In this document: positions 55,882 through 64,000 of the stretch, piece by piece
Layout of the letters: each line of letters begins with the position of its first letter
Numbering within the stretch: position 1 is the first letter of the stretch
DNA from: an uncultured Acidimicrobiia bacterium
Lineage (GTDB): Bacteria > Actinomycetota > Acidimicrobiia > Spongiisociales > UBA5794
DNA: 64,000 nucleotides
Direction of reading: 5' to 3'
NCBI GenBank assembly: GCA_963792895.1
Contig: CAWBYA010000006.1
Location: forward strand, 322,260 to 386,259
Notes under the pieces: model-generated
The model's input: the letters and a program-made list of their open reading frames with translations, nothing else
What the model was told of the DNA's origin: nothing
The model's database searches: none
Program-made: the position numbers and the translations under genes

Positions 55882-55894
55882 GAAGGGAGCCCAC

Positions 55895-56437
55895 ATGACG
55901 GTCCACGAGCTCGAGCCGGCTGCAGCCGGCGATGCGGAACCGGAGGCGCCCGCGGCTCCCGAGAAAGAGAAGATGGTCCTGATCGCCGCGTCCGGCGACC
56001 TCGACAAGGCATGGCCCGTCATGATCCTCGCCACGACGGGCGCTGCCTACGGCATGGACGTCACCATCTTCTTCACGTTCTGGGGGCTGAGCATCCTCAA
56101 ACGCAAGGATTCCGGCATCACCGGCGAGGACTGGCGGCAGAAGATGCTGTCGGTGTTCCACCGCGGCAGCCCCGACAAGCTCGGTCTCTCCAAGCTCCAC
56201 TTCGCCGGCATGGGACCGATGATGATGAAGGGCCTCGCCGAGGACCACAACGTCGCCTCAGTGCAGGAACTGCTCGAGCTCGCCCAAGAGATGGGGGTGA
56301 AGCTGTGGCCGTGCCAGATGACCATGGACCTCATGGGCATCACCCGTGACGACATGATCCCCGGTCTCGACGAGCCCGCAGGCGCCGGCTCTGCGATCAG
56401 CCTGATGAAGGAGGCCTCGATCTCGCTGTTCATCTGA
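55895..56437 (+). CDS. DsrE/DsrF-like (YchN-like) sulfur-relay family protein
   Basis: ATG after GAAGGGAG. …KMVLIAASGDLDKAWPVMILATTGAAYGMDVTIFFTFWGL… with Cys in …KLWPCQMTMDLMGI…. Confidence 0.75.
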   Translation: MTVHELEPAAAGDAEPEAPAAPEKEKMVLIAASGDLDKAWPVMILATTGAAYGMDVTIFFTFWGLSILKRKDSGITGEDWRQKMLSVFHRGSPDKLGLSKLHFAGMGPMMMKGLAEDHNVASVQELLELAQEMGVKLWPCQMTMDLMGITRDDMIPGLDEPAGAGSAISLMKEASISLFI

Positions 56438-56646
56438 GGAGACACGCACGTTGTCAGACCGCTCCAGACTCGCCCTCCGCTCCGGAGATCGCTCGCTGCG
56501 CTCGCTCCAAGACCGCTCGCTTCGACTCGCATCGAGTCTCTCGAGGCAAGGCCGCACTGGCCGAAGCGATCCAGAAGCGAGGCGCAGCCGAGCGATCTAA
56601 CTCGCCGCCAGACCACGTCGAACCACGAACGAAAGGAGACAGACCA

Positions 56647-56871
56647 ATGGCCGATATCACCGTCGACGCTCGGGGGCTGCAGTGCCCCATGCCCGTGATC
56701 AAGACCGCTCAGGCCATCGGCAAGATCGACTCCGGCCAGACGCTCGAGGTCATCGCCACGGACCGCGGCGCCCTCTCCGACATCCCGGCCTGGAGCAAGG
56801 ACATGGGCCATTCGCTCAAGGAAGAGTTCGAGGCAGACAGCGAGTACCACTTCATCATCCAGAAGAGCTAG
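56647..56871 (+). CDS. TusA-like sulfurtransferase (SirA/YedF/YeeD family)
   Basis: ATG after AAAGGAGAC. 74 aa with the active-site motif GLQCPMPV (CPxP). Confidence 0.85.
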   Translation: MADITVDARGLQCPMPVIKTAQAIGKIDSGQTLEVIATDRGALSDIPAWSKDMGHSLKEEFEADSEYHFIIQKS

Positions 56872-57039
56872 ACGCCAGCGAGCGGACCTTCGGCGTCGAT
56901 CCAGCATGCTCGGTAGCTCGGTAGCCGGACCGGGTAGACCAGTCTGGCAGCGAGCGCACCGAGCGATCCGACTGATATCGGGCGCAGCGGCGGCTCACCG
57001 AGCTATAGTCCGTACATAATCGCAGGAGGCCATGCCAGC

Positions 57040-57760
57040 GTGCGTTACGGGTTCGTCATCGACCAGACGGTCTGCATCGGCTGCCATGCGTGCACGGTGG
57101 CCTGCAAGACCGAGCACCAGGTCCCGCTCGGCGTCAACCGCACCTGGGTGAAGTACGTCGAGAAGGGCGCGTGGCCGGACACCAAGACGGTTCTTCTCGG
57201 TGATGCGGTGCAACCATTGCACCGACGCCCCTTGCGTCACGATCTGCCCCACCACTGCGCTCTACAAGCGTGACGACGGGATCGTCGACTTCGACACCGA
57301 CCGCTGCATCGGCTGCAAGTCGTGTATGCAGGCGTGCCCGTACGACGCCCTGTACATCGACCCCCAGGAGCACACGGCCCAGAAGTGCAACTACTGCGTG
57401 CACAGAGTCGAGGTCGGCATCGAGCCGGCCTGCGTGGTGGTGTGCCCCGAGCAGGCGATCATCGCAGGCGATCTCGACGACCCCGCCACGAAGATCGCAC
57501 GGATGGTGGCGACCGACCAGCTGTTCCAGCGGGCGCCGGAGCAGGGAACGAACCCGAACCTCTGGTACAAGGGCGTCGAAGAGGCGAACATCGACCCGCT
57601 CGGCGCAGCCGATCCGGGTGACGGTGGCGTGTGGCGAGACCCCGCATCCTCGTGGCTCGCCGTCGACCTCACCCCGCCGAGCGTCACCAACGGCGTCGGC
57701 TTCGGTGACGCCCGAGCGCGCCGGCGCACATCGTCCACGACGACCGCAACGCCCCGCCGA
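57040..57760 (+). CDS. 4Fe-4S ferredoxin-type electron-transfer subunit of the molybdoenzyme (DmsB/PsrB/TtrB-like), frameshifted near 57190; 3' end unresolved
   Basis: All four cluster motifs are present: CIGCHACTVAC (ORF 57040..57273), then in the next frame CNHCTDAPCVTICP, CIGCKSCMQACP and CNYCVHRVEVGIEPACVVVCP, plus the C-terminal tail …PNLWYKGVEE… (ORF 57200..). The shift fits a 1-nt insertion at ctcGgtgatg. That frame has no stop before the NrfD-like gene. Confidence 0.65.
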
Positions 57761-57762
57761 GA

Positions 57763-58626
57763 GTGGTCTACAACACAGACCATCCGATGCCGTGGGGATG
57801 GCGTGTGTCGAGCTACTTCCTCACCAAGGGCATCGCCGCCGGCATCACCCTCGCCCTCGTCATCGCCATGCTGGCGGGAAGCGGCACCGATTCCACGTGG
57901 GCGACGTGGGGCGCCCCGCTCGTGGCAGGGCTCTTCCTCGCCCTCACCGGTGGTTTGCTGGTGTGGGACCTCAAGCGCCCGGACCGCTTCTACTACCTGC
58001 TGACCAAGGGCAACCCCGGCTCATGGCTGGTCCGCGGGGCGTGGATCCTGAGCGCCTTCGCTGCCGTGGTCGGCGCGTGGTTCCTCGCCGGGGTGTTCGG
58101 CATCGACGGCGCCATCCCGGCGCTCGCCTGGGCGGCGGCAGTGCTCGGGCTGGGGCTCGCAGGCTACACCGCGTTCCTCTTCGGGCAGGCCGAAGCGCGG
58201 GACCTGTGGCAGAGCCCAACGCTGCTGTGGCACATGCTGGCCGGGGCCTTCGCCGCCGGCGGCGGCTTCGGGTTGCTCGCCGGTCTGGTCTTCGATCTCG
58301 GCGAGACGGCCGAGCGCGCCTTCGCCTGGTCGATGATCGGCGGGGCTGCCGCCCTCGGGTTGATCGCGATGGCCGAGCTGACTTCCCGCCACCCGACCCG
58401 CAACATCGCCGAGGCCGTGCACCACATGACCCGTGGGGAGTTCGCCCGCGAGTGGTGGGCGGGCGGCCAGCTTCTGGGCGTTGCCGTGCCGATCGCACTC
58501 GGCGCCGTGTTCCTCGGCGGAGCGGAGCTGTGGGTGGGGGCGCTCGGAGGCGTAGGCGCCATGGCAGGCATCTGGTTCGCCGACGATGCCTTCGTGAAGG
58601 CCGGCCAGAGCGTTCCCCTCTCGTGA
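57763..58626 (+). CDS. NrfD/PsrC-family integral membrane quinol-interacting subunit
   Basis: N-terminal HPMPWGWRVSSYFLTKGIAAG (the conserved W-x-W / Y-F-x-x-G motif of the NrfD family) followed by eight TM helices. Confidence 0.8.
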   Translation: MVYNTDHPMPWGWRVSSYFLTKGIAAGITLALVIAMLAGSGTDSTWATWGAPLVAGLFLALTGGLLVWDLKRPDRFYYLLTKGNPGSWLVRGAWILSAFAAVVGAWFLAGVFGIDGAIPALAWAAAVLGLGLAGYTAFLFGQAEARDLWQSPTLLWHMLAGAFAAGGGFGLLAGLVFDLGETAERAFAWSMIGGAAALGLIAMAELTSRHPTRNIAEAVHHMTRGEFAREWWAGGQLLGVAVPIALGAVFLGGAELWVGALGGVGAMAGIWFADDAFVKAGQSVPLS

Positions 58627-58648
58627 CCGACAAGGAGACCGTGCAGCG

Positions 58649-61381
58649 ATGACGACGCAGCGGGACGACCGGATCCCTCGTCTCCTCCCCGGGAGCGAGC
58701 TCACCAACTTCCCTCCCCCCGAGCGCTGGGACGACTGGGAGGAATACGACGCCCAAGCGTGGCCGAAGCGGGTCAAGCACGAGTACCGGCTGGTGCCGAC
58801 GACGTGCTTCAACTGCGAGTCGGCGTGCGGGTTGCTGGCCTACGTCGACAAGGAGACCGGCCGGGTGCGCAAGTTCGAGGGCAACCCCGCGCACCCCGGG
58901 TCGCGAGGCCGCAACTGCGCCAAGGGCCCGGCGACGATCAACCAGATGTACGACCCGGAGCGCATCCTCCACCCGATGCGGCGCGTCGGCGAGCGGGGTT
59001 CCGGGCAGTGGGAGCAGGTCACGTGGGAGCAGGCCCTCGACGACATCGCGGGGCGTATGCGCACCGCCATCCAAGAGGGCCGCAACGACGAGATCATGTA
59101 TCACGTGGGCCGTCCCGGCGAGGACGGGTTCATGGACCGCACTTTGAAGGCATGGGGCGTCGACGGCCACAACAGCCACACCAACATCTGCTCGGCAGGC
59201 GCCCGCACCGGGTATGCGATGTGGATGGGCCACGACAGGCCGTCCGCCGACTTCGCCAATGCCCGCTTCATCCTGCTGCTGTCGTCGCACCTCGAGACGG
59301 GGCACTACTTCAACCCGCACGCTCAGCGGATCATGGAGGGCAAGCAGGCGGGGGCGAAGCTGGCGACCATCGACCCCAGGCTCTCCAACACGGCATCGAT
59401 GTCGGACATCTGGCTGTCGCCGTGGCCGGGCACCGAGGCGGCGATCCTGCTCGCCATAGCCCGGCTGCTGCTCGAGTGGGACACCGTCGATCACGACTTC
59501 ATGCGCCGCTGGGTCGACTGGGGCGGCGCACTGGACGCCATGGCGCCGGGCGAGCCGCGCACGTATGCGAGCTTCGTACGGCTCCTGAAGGACACCTACG
59601 CGGGGTACACGGTCGAGTTCGCCGCCGAGGAGTCCGGCGTCGACGCCGCCCGCATCGAAGCGGTCGCCAAGGGCATCGCCGAGGCGGGGCATCGATTCGC
59701 CTCGCACACGTGGCGATCCGCCGGATCCGGCAACGAGGGTGGCTGGCAGGTGGCCCGGTGCCTGTGGTTCCTCCACGTCCTCACGGGGGCGGTCGGCACG
59801 AAGGGCGGCACGTCGCCGAGCGCATGGGACAAGTTCAAACCACAGCATTGGAACATGCCGCCGCCGCACAGCCGGTGGAACGAGCTGTTGTGGCCGATCG
59901 AGTATCCGTTCAGCCACCACGAACTGTCGATCCTCCTCCCCCATTTCCTGAAAGAGGGTCGCGGCAAGCTCGACGTCTACTTCTCCCGCGTCTACAACCC
60001 GGTCTGGACCAACCCGGACGGTTTCTCCTGGCTGGAGGCCCTCACCGACGAGGACAAGATCGGTCTACACGTCGCCCTGACGCCGACATGGTCGGAGACG
60101 GCATGGTTCGCCGACTACGTCCTGCCGATGGGCGTCGCTTCCGAGCGTCACGACACCCACTCGTATGAAACCCACGCCGGCCGCTGGCTCGGGTTCCGTC
60201 AGCCGGTGCTGAGGGTGGCGGGTGAGCGCGACGGCAAACACTTCGATCGCACGTACGAGGCGAACCCCGGCGAAGTCTGGGAAGAGACCGAGTTCTGGAT
60301 CGACCTGTCATGGCGGGTCGACCCAGACGGCTCGCTCGGCATCAAGAAGTGGTTCCAGTCGCCGAACGATCCCGAGCGGCCGGTTTCTGTGGACGAGTAC
60401 TACGGGTGGATGTTCGACAACAGTGTGCCCGGCCTGCCGGACAAGGCGGCCGCGCAAGGTCTCACGCCGCTGGAGTACATGCGCAAATATGGCGCAGTCG
60501 AGGTCGAGAAGGACATCTACGCCGTCCACGAGCGGCCCGCCCCATCCCAAGGGCCGGCCGTCGAGATCGAGGGAGAGCGCAAGACCGGCTTCAACTCGCC
60601 GAGTCGCAAGCTCGAGTGGTACTCCAAGACGATGGCCGACTGGGGTTGGGCGGAGGTGGCGATGCCCTCCTACATGAAGACCCACGTCTACTGGCGCGAC
60701 ATGGACATCGCCGGCAACGAGCGTGTGCTGCTGCCCATCTTCCGGCTTCCCACGCTGATCCACACTCGGTCGGGCAACGCCAAGTACCTCTACGAGATCA
60801 GCCACGGACACCCGCTGTGGATGAACCCGCAGGACGCCGATGCCCTCGACTTCGCGACGGGGCAGATGATCCGCATCAACACCGACATCGGCTACTTCGT
60901 GATGCGGGTGTGGCGCACCGAGGGCATCCGGCCCGGCGTGGTGGCTGCGTCACACCACATGGGCCGCTGGCGCCTGCAGGACGACAAGGGCAACGAGCGC
61001 TGGTCGTCTGCGCTGGTCGACATATCGCGCAAGGACGGCGGATGGATGCTGCGCCAGGAGAAGGGCATTGGCCCCTTCACGTCCGACGACCCAGACAGCG
61101 AGCGCATCTGGTGGCAAGACGCAGGAGTCAATCAGAATCTGGCGTTCCCCGTGCACCCGGACCCGATCTCGGGCATGCACGCCTGGCATCAGAGGGTGCG
61201 GCTCACCGCTGCAGAAACGGGCGATCGCTACGGCGACGTCTTCGTCGACACGACGAAGTCCCACGAGGTGTACTTGGAATGGCTCGCCAAGACCAAGCCC
61301 GGTCCCGGCCCCGGCAACCTACGTCGCCCGATGTGGCTCGACCGACCGGTGAAGCCGACACCGGATGCGTACCAGTTCTGA
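58649..61381 (+). CDS. molybdopterin (bis-MGD) oxidoreductase catalytic subunit, PsrA/PhsA/TtrA/SoeA-like; no Tat signal
   Basis: 910 aa. N-terminal [4Fe-4S] motif CFNCESACG…C(AKG); MGD-binding-type segments. The C-terminal molybdopterin dinucleotide-binding region is present. The N-terminus MTTQRDDRIPRLLPGSELTNFPPPERW has no RRxFLK and no hydrophobic h-region. Confidence 0.9.
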   Translation: MTTQRDDRIPRLLPGSELTNFPPPERWDDWEEYDAQAWPKRVKHEYRLVPTTCFNCESACGLLAYVDKETGRVRKFEGNPAHPGSRGRNCAKGPATINQMYDPERILHPMRRVGERGSGQWEQVTWEQALDDIAGRMRTAIQEGRNDEIMYHVGRPGEDGFMDRTLKAWGVDGHNSHTNICSAGARTGYAMWMGHDRPSADFANARFILLLSSHLETGHYFNPHAQRIMEGKQAGAKLATIDPRLSNTASMSDIWLSPWPGTEAAILLAIARLLLEWDTVDHDFMRRWVDWGGALDAMAPGEPRTYASFVRLLKDTYAGYTVEFAAEESGVDAARIEAVAKGIAEAGHRFASHTWRSAGSGNEGGWQVARCLWFLHVLTGAVGTKGGTSPSAWDKFKPQHWNMPPPHSRWNELLWPIEYPFSHHELSILLPHFLKEGRGKLDVYFSRVYNPVWTNPDGFSWLEALTDEDKIGLHVALTPTWSETAWFADYVLPMGVASERHDTHSYETHAGRWLGFRQPVLRVAGERDGKHFDRTYEANPGEVWEETEFWIDLSWRVDPDGSLGIKKWFQSPNDPERPVSVDEYYGWMFDNSVPGLPDKAAAQGLTPLEYMRKYGAVEVEKDIYAVHERPAPSQGPAVEIEGERKTGFNSPSRKLEWYSKTMADWGWAEVAMPSYMKTHVYWRDMDIAGNERVLLPIFRLPTLIHTRSGNAKYLYEISHGHPLWMNPQDADALDFATGQMIRINTDIGYFVMRVWRTEGIRPGVVAASHHMGRWRLQDDKGNERWSSALVDISRKDGGWMLRQEKGIGPFTSDDPDSERIWWQDAGVNQNLAFPVHPDPISGMHAWHQRVRLTAAETGDRYGDVFVDTTKSHEVYLEWLAKTKPGPGPGNLRRPMWLDRPVKPTPDAYQF

Positions 61382-61382
61382 G

Positions 61383-61433
61383 ACGTCAGACCGCAGACGT
61401 CAGACCGCAGACGTCAGACCGAGACGTCAGGAT
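61383..61433. repeat. tandem 14-bp repeat (GACGTCAGACCGCA)x3.5, immediately after the molybdoenzyme stop
   Basis: tgaGACGTCAGACCGCAGACGTCAGACCGCAGACGTCAGACCGAGACGTCAGG. Confidence 0.8.
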
Positions 61434-61493
61434 CGGCGAATCGGGACACCTGGCGGGTGACGCTGCCGGGTCGTCCGGCGCGAGAATGCCGTC

Positions 61494-62255
61494 GTGAGTG
61501 AGACCGACAGGTCCGGGGCAGCCGAGGCGGCACGCACCGAGGCGAGGCTGTGGGTTGCGGTCGCCGAGACCGTACCGGTCGAACGGGGCGACGTTCCTCC
61601 CACCGAAAGCGACGTCGTCATGTTCTTCGACCCCGCCGACGACCTCGCTCGACGTGCCGCCTCGTGGGGTCATCAACTCTCCGACGCATCGCTCTCCTCG
61701 CTCGCCTTGTTCGGCGCAGGGTTGGCGATGGCGGAGGCCCAGGCGTGGGACCGAGATGAACCCCACGTCGCCACGCGTGCGTACTCCGATCGGCGTTTCC
61801 TGCTGGGAGATCGCATCTTGCACTGGGCCGTGCCCTGGCTCGACGCAGCAGGACGCTGCTACCCGGCGCACCGAGAGCGCGCTCACCACAGCCGCGACCT
61901 CCTGCTGAGCCTCGGCGATCGGCTGCGGCCCGCCCCCGACCTCGGCGCGATCGAGGGTCTGACGCCGCCTGGCGAGGATTCCTTCGGTCCGGTGACACTC
62001 GACGTGCCGCTCGGCGACTGGGTCCGTTCGCTGTGGAGTGGCGCCCTCGTGCTCGACGCCACGGTTCGTTCGCTGATCGGGGGCTCAGGCGAACTCGACC
62101 TCACCGGGCCGGGAAGGGCCGACGTCGCCATGCTGTATTCGGTGGCGGCCGCCCGCTGGCGAACGGTTGCGGCGGCTCACCCAGGAAGCGCGCGGCTGTG
62201 GCGCGATCTCGCCATCCGGGCAGATATGACCGCAGCGAGGCTCGAGCCTCACTGA
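61494..62255 (+). CDS. hypothetical cytoplasmic protein; by position possibly a molybdoenzyme-specific assembly factor
   Basis: 253-aa ORF with good coding GC3 directly downstream of the catalytic subunit gene. No recognisable motif. Confidence 0.5.
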   Translation: MSETDRSGAAEAARTEARLWVAVAETVPVERGDVPPTESDVVMFFDPADDLARRAASWGHQLSDASLSSLALFGAGLAMAEAQAWDRDEPHVATRAYSDRRFLLGDRILHWAVPWLDAAGRCYPAHRERAHHSRDLLLSLGDRLRPAPDLGAIEGLTPPGEDSFGPVTLDVPLGDWVRSLWSGALVLDATVRSLIGGSGELDLTGPGRADVAMLYSVAAARWRTVAAAHPGSARLWRDLAIRADMTAARLEPH

Positions 62256-62274
62256 GATCGAGCGGCAACAGGGC

Positions 62275-62682
62275 TCAGCTCTTCGGGATCTCGCTGATCT
62301 CGAACAGGTGGCCGTCCGGATCGCGAAAGAAGCACCGAATCTCGCCGCCCCAGTCGTGTGGCGGCGTGAGGAACTCGGCACCCCGATTCCGCAGCGTCTC
62401 GTAGGCAGCGGCGCAGTCCTGCACGCGAATCGTGAACGAGTGATCAACCGTGGCGGGATCTGCCGGAGCTGCGAAAGTGAGCCCGGGTTTGTCCTCCGTC
62501 GGCTCTCCGCCGGTAACGAGCAACAGCCACGAACCATTGAAGTCGAACACGGCCGACGTGCCCCCGTACTCGCGATACAACCGCGCCCCGAGGACGTCGC
62601 GGTACCAGTCGCGCGATGCCGCCATGTCTCCGACGACGAGGATGTGCGTCAGTGCCATGTCCTCGGTGGGGAATTCGCTCAC
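62275..62682 (-). CDS. VOC-family (glyoxalase/bleomycin-resistance/dioxygenase fold) protein
   Basis: GTG 5 nt after AGGAG (VSEFPTEDMALTHILVVGDMAASRDWYRDVLGA…GHLFEI…). The upstream 270 codons of ORF 62275..63495 overlap the GntR gene in another frame and are Arg/Ser-rich. Confidence 0.8.
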   Translation of the reverse strand: MSEFPTEDMALTHILVVGDMAASRDWYRDVLGARLYREYGGTSAVFDFNGSWLLLVTGGEPTEDKPGLTFAAPADPATVDHSFTIRVQDCAAAYETLRNRGAEFLTPPHDWGGEIRCFFRDPDGHLFEISEIPKS

Positions 62683-62755
62683 GGTGTGCTCCTGTTCGTG
62701 CCGGTCATTCCGATGGTCGTCGTCGTCATGACGATGAGGTGGGCGGGGCGACAGC

Positions 62756-63526
62756 TCACTGCGTCTCGTCGGGGACGAGCTCGGGGATCGCGTCGTCGCC
62801 GGTGCCCCAGTCGACTCGGAAGCTGTACAGGTCGCCGCGAACGACGCTCTCGCGCCACTCGAGGGGGCGCCCATTTGCGGAGGTCTTGCGGACGATGAGG
62901 AACGCAGCCTGGTTGTCGCCCAAGCCAAGCTGGTCCCGATCTGCCGGCTCGGGAATGATCGGGCGGATGACTTCGCTGCCGGCCTCCGGCTGCACCCCAC
63001 ACAAAGAGGCCAGCTCGTCGTAGAGGGCGGTGCGGGCGAAGTCGGCGAGGAGCAACGGTGCGGCGAGCGGGAGCGGAAGCCACGCCCTGTCGACGGCGAG
63101 CGGCTCCTCCCCGGCGAGACGCAGCCGCTCCAGGAAGAACAACTCGGCATCGGCGGGAACACCGAGATGCCCGGCGATCTCCGGCTCTGTTCTCGACGCA
63201 CGGCACAGCACCACGCTGGTCTGCCCGATGCCCTCGGCTTCGATGGAGCGAAACAGGCTGTAGAGCGTGCCGAGCGGCTGCTCGAACTCAGGGGCTCGAA
63301 CGTACGTGCCGCGACCTCGACGCCGATCGAGGATGCCCTCGGCCTGGATCCGCCGTACCGCTTCCCGGACGGTGTGGCGACTGACCCCGTACTCGTCGAC
63401 GAGCTCCTGGTCCGTCGGGAAGCGATCGGAGAACTCGCCTGACGCGAGGCGCGAGCGCAGGTCACGCAGGAGTTGCGCCCACAGAGGCATGGCACTTGTG
63501 CGGTCGAGCGTCTCGCGCTGGCTCAT
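62756..63526 (-). CDS. GntR-family transcriptional regulator (HutC/UTRA-type effector domain)
   Basis: N-terminal winged HTH …PTDQELVDEYGVSRHTVREAVRRIQAEGILDRRRGRGTYV…, and a C-terminal UTRA-like domain. Confidence 0.85.
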   Translation of the reverse strand: MSQRETLDRTSAMPLWAQLLRDLRSRLASGEFSDRFPTDQELVDEYGVSRHTVREAVRRIQAEGILDRRRGRGTYVRAPEFEQPLGTLYSLFRSIEAEGIGQTSVVLCRASRTEPEIAGHLGVPADAELFFLERLRLAGEEPLAVDRAWLPLPLAAPLLLADFARTALYDELASLCGVQPEAGSEVIRPIIPEPADRDQLGLGDNQAAFLIVRKTSANGRPLEWRESVVRGDLYSFRVDWGTGDDAIPELVPDETQ

Positions 63527-63685
63527 CGCTGCTTGATCCTAGAAGGTCGACACCAGCGCCCCTAAGAGGCCGGCCGAAGGGCAGGCCCTCTCGGATCTGG
63601 CGTTGGGTGCATGGATCGTCGCAGCGATGAGTGACACGGCGAAGAGCCATGGGCATGCGGTCGCGACGAGGCCCATCGTGCTCGG

Positions 63686-64000
63686 CTAGATGGCTGGCGG
63701 AGCCACCGCCACGTAGCGGTTGCGGCCCGACCAGGCGAGGTCGTCGAGTCGCACGGCCTCCATGTCGAACTCTGCGAACAGAGCCATGTATTCGGCATCC
63801 GTGAACAGGCCCATGACGTGGCGCTCGACGTAGTGCCCGACGCCATGCCCTTGCCTGCCGACGAGGTGGTGCATGTCCGTCACCGACACGCGTCCGTCGA
63901 CGGTCCCGTGACTGAGGCGGACAACCACGACATCATCACGCCGCTCGAGGTCGACCCCGATGTGGCCTTCGATCCACGCATCGGGAGTGAACCACGGGTC
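63686..64000 (-). CDS. C-terminal part of a protein continuing beyond the window end (possibly methyltransferase-like)
   Basis: High-GC3 frame …PWFTPDAWIEGHIGVDLERRDDVVVRLSHGTVDGRVSVTDMHHLVGRQGHGVGHYVERHVMGLFTDAEYMALFAEFDMEAVRLDDLAWSGRNRYVAVAPPAI*. The listed ORF 63686..63928 is only its last 80 aa. Confidence 0.5.
   Translation of the reverse strand, partial: DPWFTPDAWIEGHIGVDLERRDDVVVVRLSHGTVDGRVSVTDMHHLVGRQGHGVGHYVERHVMGLFTDAEYMALFAEFDMEAVRLDDLAWSGRNRYVAVAPPAI

Noticed and set aside
58649-58760. Twin-arginine signal on the molybdoenzyme
   Set aside because: The N-terminus has scattered Arg but no RRxFLK consensus and no hydrophobic core. No in-frame upstream extension exists, because the NrfD gene ends at 58626.
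58759-60168. 469-aa + ORF
   Set aside because: Alternative frame within the molybdoenzyme catalytic subunit gene.
61383-61433. Possible CRISPR array
   Set aside because: Only 14-bp units, contiguous without spacers, and no cas genes; this is a simple tandem repeat.

Overview
This is a 64 kb GC-rich (about 70% GC) segment of an actinobacterial-type chromosome. I found no rRNA, tRNA, CRISPR array, integrase or transposase. About 60 protein-coding genes are packed on both strands, dominated by membrane, transport, lipid-remodelling and stress-response proteins. The genes, in order:
- The 3' part of a sugar-ABC substrate-binding lipoprotein with a LacI-family regulator and palindromic operators.
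- A 2-TM K+ channel and a SAM-methyltransferase.
- An arylsulfatase + HAD hydrolase pair, with an anaerobic sulfatase-maturase-like radical-SAM gene elsewhere.
- Three SulP/STAS anion transporters (one decayed) and two AI-2E transporters (one decayed).
- A translationally coupled three-gene operon: sensor adenylate cyclase, cNMP-binding MscS channel, sensor adenylate cyclase.
- A ceramidase-family protein, a PlsC-type acyltransferase, two UPF0104/LPG-synthase-like flippase-domain proteins and a CPBP protease.
- Repeated small PLDc_N/SHOCT and DUF1269-like membrane proteins.
- A HerA-like ATPase and a Na+/H+ antiporter.
- A 48-58 kb stretch with several frameshifted or decayed genes (Fe-S reductase, DUF1992, SulP, rhodanese-MBL, 4Fe-4S subunit).
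- A sulfur-trafficking cluster (ArsR, DsrE-like, TusA, rhodanese-persulfide-dioxygenase-like) next to a B-C-A-ordered molybdopterin oxidoreductase whose catalytic subunit lacks a Tat signal.
Coordinates come from ORF-track arithmetic. Functions are inferred from motifs read by eye; no database search was possible.
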